From NCBI GenBank assembly GCA_047495785.1, contig JBLDXI010000063.1, positions 310,001 through 374,000 of the forward strand: 64,000 nucleotides of DNA, read 5' to 3'. The notes under the pieces were generated by a model. It searched no databases, was not told where the DNA came from, and saw nothing but the letters and a program-made list of their open reading frames with translations. Below are positions 12,636 through 24,600 of the stretch, piece by piece. Each line of letters opens with the position of its first letter. Within the stretch, counting starts at the first letter, position 1. The DNA is from Lepidodermella squamata. Its lineage: Eukaryota; Animalia; Gastrotricha. The translations under genes were made by a program, and so were the position numbers.

Positions 12636-15600
12636 GCGCTTCACGTAACACTTGACATTTTTTGCACATCGCGGCAACTTTCACCCACTCGCCAACAACG
12701 CGCATCGCCATCCATGGATGGCTGTTTTACGACCGGCAATGATGCCGGCTCTCGAGGTTTTGACGAGCGAGCAAGCGAGCGTGCGCGCACATTAGCGGCG
12801 CCATAACACTCGACGACACCATTAGACACCGATGCGATGGATGGCTTGCCGTCGACGTCGTTGTCGTCGTTGCCAAAAGGTGCCAGCACTCGCTGGTGCC
12901 AGCCAGCCAGCCAGCCGCTTGGCATTGTCTTGTGTCGCTGAGCGCCGTCGCCATCGCCGCCATCGTCGCATCTTTTTTGCCTCGCGTGTGACAGCCAGCG
13001 CTCAAGCTAATGCTGCTTGTCGTTGCTGCTGCTGCTGTTGCTGATATTATTTACGACTGCTGCTGCTGCTGTTGCTGCGGCGTGAAAGAAACCGCGTCAT
13101 TGCGCGCGCGACGAGCGAGAGAGCGACAGCGAGGCAACGACACGGCAGCGCCGGCGGCTCGTCGTCTCACCGCGGCTGGCTCCAGTGTGCGCGATTTTTT
13201 TACGCCGAGCACCACGCTGGTTTGAGGCTCAGCGCTCATCAGCCTTATGTGCACAGCTTTGGTTTGTTGTTTCACGTCGACTCGAATCGACCGCCGGCCA
13301 TCGTCATCGGCAGCGCCCCGGCCTCGTTCTGATTGTCCAATCGCATTTCTTGCTTGTTCTCGCTCGCAATAACGCCGCAAGATTTGCGCTGGACACATCA
13401 GGAGGAGCCAGGCCTAACATCATCATATTATTAGCAACGTTTTGCGCCTTTTTGCACAATAATTTCTTGTCATTTCCATGAACATTTTTATTATTAAATG
13501 TTTTGTTCACAGCGATTTCAGTGAACCAGTAGGTTGCGGCTGCAATTAAAACGATGACAATGATCGAGGTAACTAATTACACTGCACGATGTTATAGCAA
13601 ACCCCCGATATTTTCTTCACTTGATACTAGACTGCTGTTTTGCATTACAAGCGGGCGGGAGGCTATATTTCCTAGGCAAGAAAGAACCACATTTTACAAT
13701 AATGTAACACGAGTTTTAATCCGAATAGTAATTGTGCTATAATTTTAGTTTTTACAGCTTTCTCGAACTTCGCTCGAATCTTTGAAACCACGAACTTTTG
13801 TACCGAATTTAAACGATAATATTAACAATTGATATCTGGATTTAGGAAATTCTTTTTGCAGTGCATGTGGCCACTTAATTTGCTTCGATCTGGATTTTGG
13901 TTACAGGTGTTGTTGCGCTTCTTTCTTAACATAGAGGTGAACCTTTTTGCAACAAAATAACTGAGGAAAAGTAAGAAATGCTCGGCTATGCTATCAAGCA
14001 ATGAAAAATAGAGTTTAGAGAAAGTTTTGTGCTTTACTCTTGTGATCTATAACTATAACATGATCTAAGATGAAGATTCCCGGTTAATATTTTTCTTCTT
14101 TCAAAGAATTCAATAAAACTCAACAAGATTTTTATTTGCTCATCCTGCTTGTCCAATTTCCAACTGACTATAACTGAAATGGAAGTTATACGTAATTTCG
14201 CCATCAATCCGCTGGATGAGAAGAAACGAAAAATAGTAATCGACAATATCCATACCAATGTCGGATTTCCGGATTGCAGCGCACAAGAGAAGCCTGCTAT
14301 TTCCCGGAATACAAAATTCTCTAATGCGAAGAAAAGAAAATGGCTATTTCCTTCTTTAGCTAGTATTTTCCATGCAACAGTCATTGTGTAAGAGTGCACA
14401 ACGCCTTAGCGACTAAAACATAGTCTCAGTGCCTTCAACCAAACAAAACCTAACAGATAACACCCCATTGAACACGAACAAATAATTTGATGGATTAATG
14501 AGCACTGATAATTCCATTTCGTGAACAATTTTAATTTGAAATATCACGTAGTGGCTGTTTTCAGCCGTCGCACGTATTGCCGGTATTCGGCATCATCCCA
14601 CTCGTGGCGAATCAACGCCATCCGTGCATCATTCGATCGTGGCAGCAATTGCAAACGCAATGGCACCCGATTAAGGCACATCGCTGTTGACGCGGTATTC
14701 GCAGCGAGCCTGAGCGGGCTAACATGGCTGTTTTCAGCCGTCACACGTACTGCCAGTATTCGGCATCATGCCCACTCATGGCGAATCAACGCCATCCGTG
14801 CATCATTCGATCGTGGCAGCAATTGCAAACGAAATAGCACCCGATTGAGGCACATCGCTGTCGACGCGGTATGGCGTATGGCGTAGCGGCATGGCGTAGC
14901 GAGCCTGAGCGGGCTAACATGGCTGTTTTCAGCCGTTTCACGTACTGCCGGTATTCGGCATCATGCACATTCGTGGCGAGTCAACGGCATCCGTGCATCA
15001 TTCGATCGTGGCAGCAATTGCAAACGCAATAGCACCCGATTAAGGCACATCGCTGTTGACGCGGTATTCGCAGCGAGCCTGAGCGGGCTAACATGGCTGT
15101 TTTCAGCCGTCGCACGTACTGCCGGTATTCGGCATCATGCACACTCGTGGCGAATCAACGCCATCCGTGCATCATTCGATCGTGGCAGCAATTGCAAACG
15201 AAATAGCACCCGATTGAGCCACATCGCTGTCGACGCGGTATTCGCAGCGAGCCTGAGCGGGCTAACATGGCTGTTTTCAGCCGTCGCACGTATTGCCGGT
15301 ATTCGGTATCATGCCCAATCGTGGCGAGTCAACGGCATCCGTGCATCATTCGATCGTGGCAGCAATTGCAAACGCAATAGCACCCGATTAAGGCACATCG
15401 CTGTTGACGCGGTATTCGCAGCGAGCCTGAGCGGGCTAACATGGCTGTTTTCAGCCGTTTAAAGTACTGCCGGTATTCGGTATCATGCCCAATCGTGGCG
15501 AGTCAACGGCATCCGTGCATCATTCGATCGTGGCAGCAATTGCAAACGAAATAGCACCCGATTGAGGCACATCGCTGTCGACGCGGTATGGCGTATGGCG

Positions 15601-18600
15601 TAGCGGCATGGCGTAGCGAGCCTGAGCGGGCTAACATGGCTGTTTTCAGCCGTCACACGTACTGCCAGTATTCGGCATCATGCCCACTCATGGCGAATCA
15701 ACGCCATCCGTGCATCATTCGATCGTGGCAGCAATTGCAAACGCAATAGCACCCGATTAAGGCACATCGCTGTTGACGCGGTATTCGCAGCGAGCCTGAG
15801 CGGGCTAACATGGCTGTTTTCAGCCGTCGCACGTACGGCCGGTATTCGGCATCATGCACATTCGTGGCGAATCAACGCCATCCGTGCATCATTCGATCGT
15901 GGCAGCAATTGCAAACGCAATGGCAGCCGATTGAGGCACATCGCTGTTGACGCGGTATTCGCAGCGAGCCTGAGCGGGCTAACATGGCTGTTTTCAGCCG
16001 TCGCACGTACTGCCGGTATTCGGCATCATCCCACTCGTGGCGAAACAACGCCATCCGTGCATCATTCGATCGTGGCAGCAATTGCAAACGCAATGGCAGC
16101 CGATTGAGGCACATCGCTGTTGACGCGGTATTCGCAGCGAGCCTGAGCGGGCTAACATGGCTGTTTTCAGCCGTCACACGTACTGCCAGTATTCGGCATC
16201 ATGCCCACTCATGGCGAATCAACGCCATCCGTGCATCATTCGATCGTGGCAGCAATTGCAAACGAAATAGCACCCGATTGAGGCACATCGCTGTCGACGC
16301 GGTATGGCGTATGGCGTAGCGGCATGGCGTAGCGAGCCTGAGCGGGCTAACATGGCTGTTTTCAGCCGTCACACGTACTGCCAGTATTCGGCATCATGCC
16401 CACTCATGGCGAATCAACGCCATCCGTGCATCATTCGATCGTGGCAGCAATTGCAAACGAAATAGCACCCGATTGAGGCACATCGCTGTCGACGCGGTAT
16501 GGCGTATGGCGTAGCGGCATGGCGTAGCGAGCCTGAGCGGGCTAACATGGCTGTTTTCAGCCGTCGCACGTACGGCCGGTATTCGGCATCATGCACATTC
16601 GTGGCCATTCGTTCAACGGCATCCGTGCATCATTCGATCGTGGCAGCAATTGCAAACGCAATGGCAGCCGATTGAGGCACATCGCTGTCGACGCGGTATT
16701 CGTAGCGAGCCTGAGCGGGCTAACATGGCCGTTTTCAGCCGTATCACGTACTGCCGGTATTCGGTATCATGCCCAATCGTGGCGAGTCAACGGCATCCGT
16801 GCATCATTCGATCGTGGCAGCAATTGCAAACGCAATAGCACCCGATTGAGGCACATCGCTGTTGACGCGGTATTCGCAGCGAGCCTGAGCGGGCTAACAT
16901 GGCTGTTTTCAGCCGTCGCACGTACTGCCGGTATTCGGCATCATCCCACTCGTGGCGAAACAACGCCATCCGTGCATCATTCGATCGTGGCAGCAATTGC
17001 AAACGCAATGGCAGCCGATTGAGGCACATCGCTGTTGACGCGGTATTCGTAGCGAGCCTGAGCGGGCTAACATGGCTGTTTTCAGCCGTATCACGTACTG
17101 CCGGTATTCGGCATCATCCCACTCGTGGCGAATCAACGCCATCCGTGCATCATTCGATCGTGGCAGCAATTGCAAACGAAATAGCACCCGATTGAGGCAC
17201 ATCGCTGTTGACGCGGTATTCGCAGCAAGCCTGAGCGGGCTGACATGGCTGTTTTCAGCCGTCGCACGTACTGCCGGTATTCGGCATCATCCCACTCATG
17301 GCGAATCTACGTCATCCGTGCATCATTCGATCGTGGCAGCAATTGCAAACGCAATGGCAGCCGATTGAGGCACATCGCTGTTGACGCGGTATTCGTAGCG
17401 AGCCTGAGCGGGCTAACATGGCTGTTTTCAGCCGTCGCACGTACTGCCGGTATTCGGCATCATCCCACTCGTGGCGAATCAACGGCATCCGTGCATCATT
17501 CGATCGTGGCAGCAATTGCAAACGCAATGGCAGCCGATTGAGGCACATCGCTGTCGACGCGGTATTCGTAGCGAGCCTGAGCGGGCTAACATGGCTGTTT
17601 TCAGCCGTTTCACGTACTGCCGGTATTCGGCATCATGCCCAATCGTGGCGAGTCAACGGCATCCGTGCATCATTCGATCGTGGCAGCAATTGCAAACGAA
17701 ATAGCACCCGATTGAGGCACATCGCTGTCGACGCGGTATGGCGTATGGCGTAGCGGCATGGCGTAGCGAGCCTGAGCGGGCTAACATGGCTGTTTTCAGC
17801 CGTATCACGTACTGCCGGTATTCGGCATCATGCCCAATCGTGGCGAGTCAACGGCATCCGTGCATCATTCGATCGTTGCAGCAATTGCAAACGCAATGGC
17901 AGCCGATTGAGGCACATCGCTGTCGACGCGGTATTCGTAGCGAGCCTGAGCGGGCTAACATGGCTGTTTTCAGCCGTATCACGTACTGCCGGTATTCGGC
18001 ATCATGCACATTCGTGGCGAGTCAACGGCATCCGTGCATCATTCGATCGTGGCAGCAATTGCAAACGAAATAGCACCCGATTGAGGCACATCGCTGTCGA
18101 CGCGGTATGGCGTATGGCGTAGCGGCATGGCGTAGCGAGCCTGAGCGGGCTAACATGGCTGTTTTCAGCCGTATCACGTACTGCCGGTATTCGGTATCAT
18201 GCCCAATCGTGGCGAGTCAACGCCATCCGTGCATCATTCGATCGTGGCAGCAATTGCAAACGAAATAGCACCCGATTAAGGCACATCGCTGTTGACGCGG
18301 TATTCGTAGCGAGCCTGAGCGGGCTAACATGGCTGTTTTCAGCCGTCGCACGTACTGCCGGTATTCGGCATCATGCACATTCGTGGCGAGTCAACGGCAT
18401 CCGTGCATCATTCGATCGTGGCAGCAATTGCAAACGCAATGGCAGCCGATTGAGGCACATCGCTGTTGACGCGGTATTCGCAGCGAGCCTGAGCGGGCTA
18501 ACATGGCTGCTTTCAGCCGTCGCACGTACTGCCGGTATTCGGCATCATCCCACTCGTGGCGAAACAACGCCATCCGTGCATCATTCGATCGTGGCAGCAA

Positions 18601-21600
18601 TTGCAAACGCAATGGCAGCCGATTGAGGCACATCGCTGTTGACGCGGTATTCGCAGCAAGCCTGAGCGGGCTAACATGGCTGTTTTCGGCCGTATCACGT
18701 ACTGCCGGTATTCGGCATCATCCCACTCGTGGCGAATCAACGGCATCCGTGCATCATTCGATCGTGGCAGCAATTGCAAACGAAATAGCACCCGATTGAG
18801 GCACATCGCTGTCGACGCGGTATGGCGTATGGCGTAGCGGCATGGCGTAGCGAGCCTGAGCGGGCTAACATGGCTGTTTTCAGCCGTATCACGTACTGCC
18901 GGTATTCGGTATCATGCCCAATCGTGGCGAGTCAACGGCATCCGTGCATCATTCGATCGTGGCAGCAATTGCAAACGCAATAGCACCCGATTGAGCCACA
19001 TCGCTGTCGACGCGGTATTCGTAGCGAGCCTGAGCGGGCTAACATGGCTGTTTTCAGCCGTCGCACGTACTGCCGGTATTCGGCATCATCCCACTCGTGG
19101 CGAATCAACGCCATCCGTGCATCATTCGATCGTGGCAGCAATTGCAAACGCAATGGCAGCCGATTGAGGCACATCGCTGTCGACGCGGTATTCGTAGCGA
19201 GCCTGAGCGGGCTAACATGGCTGTTTTCAGCCGTATCACGTACTGCCGGTATTCGGTATCATGCCCAATCGTGGCGAGTCAACGGCATCCGTGCATCATT
19301 CGATCGTGGCAGCAATTGCAAACGAAATAGCACCCGATTGAGGCACATCGCTGTCGACGCGGTATGGCGTATGGCGTAGCGGCATGGCGTAGCGAGCCTG
19401 AGCGGGCTAACAGGGCTGTTTTCAGCCGTATCACGTACTGCCGGTATTCGGTATCATGCACATTCGTGGCCATTCGTTCAACGGCATCCGTGCATCATTC
19501 GATCGTGGCAGCAATTGCAAACGCAATGGCAGCCGATTGAGGCACATCGCTGTTGACGCGGTATTCGCAGCAAGCCTGAGCGGGCTAACATGGCTGTTTT
19601 CAGCCGTCGCACGTACTGCCGGTATTCGGCATCATGCCCAATCGTGGCGAGTCAACGGCATCCGTGCATCATTCGATCGTGGCAGCAATTGCAAACGAAA
19701 TAGCACCCGATTGAGGCACATCGCTGTTGACGCGGTATTCGCAGCGAGCCTGAGCGGGCTGACATGGTTGTTTTCAGCCGTTTAAAGTACTGCCGGTATT
19801 CGGCATCATGCCCACTCGTGGCGAATCAACGCCATCCGTGCATCATTCGATCGTGGCAGCAATTGCAAACGCAATAGCACCCGATTGAGGCACATCGCTG
19901 TTGACGCGGTATTCGCAGCAAGCCTGAGCGGGCTAACATGGCTGTTTTCAGCTGTTTCACGTACTGCCGGTATTCGGCATCATGCACACTCGTGGCGAAT
20001 CAACGCCATCCGTGCATCATTCGATCGTGGCAGCAATTGCAAACGAAATAGCACCCGATTGAGGCACATCGCTGTTGACGCGGTATTTGCAGCGAGCCTG
20101 AGCGGGCTAACATGGCTGTTTTCAGCCGTTTAAAGTACTGCCGGTATTCGGTATCATGCCCAATCGTGGCGAGTCAACGGCATCCGTGCATCATTCGATC
20201 GTGGCAGCAATTGCAAACGAAATAGCACCCGATTGAGCCACATCGCTGTCGACGCGGTATTCGTAGCGAGCCTGAGCGGGCTAACATGGCTGTTTTCAGC
20301 CGTCGCACGTACTGCCGGTATTCGGTATCATGCCCAATCGTGGCGAATCAACGCCATCCGTGCATCATTCGATCGTGGCAGCAATTGCAAACGCAATGGC
20401 AGCCGATTGAGGCACATCGCTGTCGACGCGGTATTCGTAGCGAGCCTGAGCGGGCTAACATGGCTGTTTTCAGCCGTATCACGTACTGCCGGTATTCGGT
20501 ATCATGCCCAATCGTGGCGAGTCAACGGCATCCGTGCATCATTCGATCGTGGCAGCAATTGCAAACGAAATAGCACCTTATTGAGGCACATCGCTGTCGA
20601 CGCGGTATGGCGTATGGCGTAGCGGCATGGCGTAGCGAGCCTGAGCGGGCTAACATGGCTGTTTTCAGCCGTATCACGTACTGCCGGTATTCGGTATCAT
20701 GCACATTCGTGGCCATTCGTTCAACGGCATCCGTGCAAACGCAATAGCACCCGATTAAGGCACATCGCTGTTGACGCGGTATTCGCAGCAAGCCTGAGCG
20801 GGCTAACATGGCTGTTTTTTTAGCCGTCGCACGTACTGCCGGTATTCGGCATCATGCACATTCGTGGCCATTCGTTCAACGGCATCCGTGCATCATTCGA
20901 TCGTGGCAGCAATTGCAAACGCAATGGCAGCCGATTGAGGCACATCGCTGTCGACGCGGTATTCGTAGCGAGCCTGAGCGGGCTAACATGGCTGTTTTCA
21001 GCCGTATCACGTACTGCCGGTATTCGGTATCATGCCCAATCGTGGCGAGTCAACGGCATCCGTGCATCATTCGATCGTGGCAGCAATTGCAAACGAAATA
21101 GCACCCGATTGAGGCACATCGCTGTCGACGCGGTATGGCGTATGGCGTAGCGGCATGGCGTAGCGAGCCTGAGCGGGCTGACATGGTTGTTTTCAGCCGT
21201 TTAAAGTACTGCCGGTATTCGGCATCATGCCCACTCGTGGCGAATCAACGCCATCCGTGCATCATTCGATCGTGGCAGCAATTGCAAAAGCAATAGCACC
21301 CGATTGAGGCACATCGCTGTTGACGCGGTATTCGCAGCAAGCCTGAGCGGGCTAACATGGCTGTTTTCAGCTGTTTCACGTACTGCCGGTATTCGGCATC
21401 ATCCCACTCGTGGCGAATCAACGCCATCCGTGCATCATTCGATCGTGGCAGCAATTGCAAACGAAATAGCACCCGATTGAGGCACATCGCTGTTGACGCG
21501 GTATTCCCAGCGAGCCTGAGCGGGCTAACATGGCTGTTTTCAGCCGTCGCACGTACTGCCGGTATTCGGTATCATGCCCAATCGTGGCGAGTCAACGGCA

Positions 21601-24600
21601 TCCGTGCATCATTCGATCGTGGCAGCAATTGCAAACGCAATGGCAGCCGATTGAGGCACATCGCTGTTGACGCGGTATTCGCAGCAAGCCTGAGCGGGCT
21701 AACATGGCTGTTTTCAGCCGTCGCACGTACTGCCGGTATTCGGCATCATGCACATTCGTGGCCATTCGTTCAACGGCATCCGTGCATCATTCGATCGTGG
21801 CAGCAATTGCAAACGAAATAGCACCCGATTGAGGCACATCGCTGTTGACGCGGTATTCCCAGCGAGCCTGAGCGGGCTAACATGGCTGTTTTCAGCCGTC
21901 ACACGTACTGCCAGTATTCGGCATCATGCCCACTCGTGGCGAATCAACGCCATCCGTGCATCATTCGATCGTGGCAGCAATTGCAAACGCAATGGCACCC
22001 GATTGAGGCACATCGCTGTTGACGCGTTATTCGCAGCAAGCCTGAGCGGGCTAACATGGCTGTTTTCAGCCGTTTCACGTACTGCCGGTATTCGGTATCA
22101 TGCCCAATCGTGGCGAGTCAACGGCATCCGTGCATCATTCGATCGTGGCAGCAATTGCAAACGCAATAGCACCCGATTAAGGCACATCGCTGTTGACGCG
22201 GTATTCGCAGCAAGCCTGAGCGGGCTAACATGGCTGTTTTCAGCTGTTTCACGTACTGCCGGTATTCGGTATCATGCCCAATCGTGGCGAGTCAACGGCA
22301 TCCGTGCATCATTCGATCGTGGCAGCAATTGCAAACGCAATAGCACCCGATTAAGGCACATCGCTGTTGACGCGGTATTCGCAGCGAGCCTGAGCGGGCT
22401 GACATGGTTGTTTTCAGCCGTTTAAAGTACTGCCGGTATTCGGCATCATGCCCACTCGTGGCGAATCAACGCCATCCGTGCATCATTCGATCGTGGCAGC
22501 AATTGCAAACGCAATAGCACCCGATTGAGGCACATCGCTGTTGACGCGGTATTCGTAGCAAGCCTGAGCGGGCTAACATGGCTGTTTTCAGCTGTTTCAC
22601 GTACTGCCGGTATTCGGCATCATCCCACTCGTGGCGAATCAACGCCATCCGTGCATCATTCGATCGTGGCAGCAATTGCAAACGAAATAGCACCCGATTG
22701 AGGCACATCGCTGTTGACGCGGTATTCCCAGCGAGCCTGAGCGGGCTAACATGGCTGTTTTCAGCCGTCACACGTACTGCCAGTATTCGGCATCATGCCC
22801 ACTCGTGGCGAATCAACGCCATCCGTGCATCATTCGATCGTGGCAGCAATTGCAAACGCAATGGCACCCGATGGAGGTACATCGCTGTTGACGCGGTATT
22901 CGCAGCGAGCCTGAGCGGGCTGACATGGTTGTTTTCAGCCGTTTAAAGTACTGCCGGTATTCGGCATCACGCCCACTCGTGGCGAATCAACTCCATCCGT
23001 GCATCATTCGATCGTGGCAGCAATTGCAAACGCAATAGCACCCGATTGAGGCACATCGCTGTTGACGCGGTATTCGCAGCAAGCCTGAGCGGGCTAACAT
23101 GGCTGTTTTCAGCCGTTTCACGTACTGCCGGTATTCGGCATCATCCCACTCGTGGCGAATCAACGCCATCCGTGCATCATTCGATCGTGGCAGCAATTGC
23201 AAAAGCAATGGCAGCCGATTGAGGCACATCGCTGTCGACGCGGTATTCGTAGCGAGCCTGAGCGGGCTAACATGGCTGTTTTCAGCCGTTTCACGTACTG
23301 CCGGTATTCGGTATCATCCCACTCGTGGCGAATCAACGCCATCCGTGCATCATTCGATCGTGGCAGCAATTGCAAACGAAATAGCACCCGATTGAGGCAC
23401 ATCGCTGTTGACGCGGTATTCCCAGCGAGCCTGAGCGGGCTAACATGGCTGTTTTCAGCCGTCACACGTACTGCCAGTATTCGGCATCATGCCCACTCGT
23501 GGCGAATCAACGCCATCCGTGCATCATTCGATCGTGGCAGCAATTGCAAACGCAATGGCACCCGATGGAGGTACATCGCTGTTGACGCGGTATTCGCAGC
23601 GAGCCTGAGCGGGCTGACATGGTTGTTTTCAGCCGTTTAAAGTACTGCCGGTATTCGGCATCACGCCCACTCGTGGCGAATCAACTCCATCCGTGCATCA
23701 TTCGATCGTGGCAGCAATTGCAAACGCAATAGCACCCGATTGAGGCACATCGCTGTTGACGCGGTATTCGCAGCAAGCCTGAGCGGGCTAACATGGCTGT
23801 TTTCAGCCGTTTCACGTACTGCCGGTATTCGGCATCATCCCACTCGTGGCGAATCAACGCCATCCGTGCATCATTCGATCGTGGCAGCAATTGCAAAAGC
23901 AATGGCAGCCGATTGAGGCACATCGCTGTCGACGCGGTATTCGTAGCGAGCCTGAGCGGGCTAACATGGCTGTTTTCAGCCGTTTCACGTACTGCCGGTA
24001 TTCGGTATCATGCCCAATCGTGGCGAGTCAACGGCATCCGTGCATCATTCGATCGTGGCAGCAATTGCAAACGCGATAGCACCCGATTAAGGCACATCGC
24101 TGTTGACGCGGTATTCGCAGCAAGCCTGAGCGGGCTAACATGGCTGTTTTCAGCTGTTTCACGTACTGCCGGTATTCGGTATCATGCCCAATCGTGGCGA
24201 GTCAAAGGCATCCGTGCATCATTCGATCGTGGCAGCAATTGCAAACGCGATAGCACCCGATTAAGGCACATCGCTGTTGACGCGGTATTCGCAGCGAGCC
24301 TGAGCGGGCTGACATGGTTGTTTTCAGCCGTTTAAAGTACTGCCGGTATTCGGCATCATGCCCACTCGTGGCGAATCAACGCCATCCGTGCATCATTCGA
24401 TCGTGGCAGCAATTGCAAACGAAATAGCACCCGATTGAGGCACATCGCTGTCGACACGGTATTCGCAGCAAGCCTGAGCGGGCTAACATGGCTGTTTTCA
24501 GCCGTCACACGTACTGCCGGTATTCGGCATCATGCCCACTCGTGGCAAATCAACGCAATCCGTACATCATTCGATCGTGGCAGCAATTGCAAACGCAATG

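Noticed and set aside
12718-12728. ATGGCTGTTTT 11-mer identical to the satellite, as a possible seed sequence
   Set aside because: About one such match is expected by chance in 14.5 kb, and the flanks do not align.
11785-14399. Short ORFs at 11785-12036, 12641-13510 and 14034-14399
   Set aside because: No recognisable domains, low-complexity or AT-rich composition, and no consistent splice model.
11733-14553. CACTA transposon bounded by CACTACAAGAA (11733) and CACGTAGTG (14545-14553)
   Set aside because: The ends match for only 6 bp, there is no 3-bp target-site duplication (ATT vs GCT), and no transposase.
14866-14940. tRNA/SINE or 5S/SL RNA gene array
   Set aside because: The A-box-like motif occurs only in a minority variant. 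There is no B box, cloverleaf, 5S similarity or Sm site.
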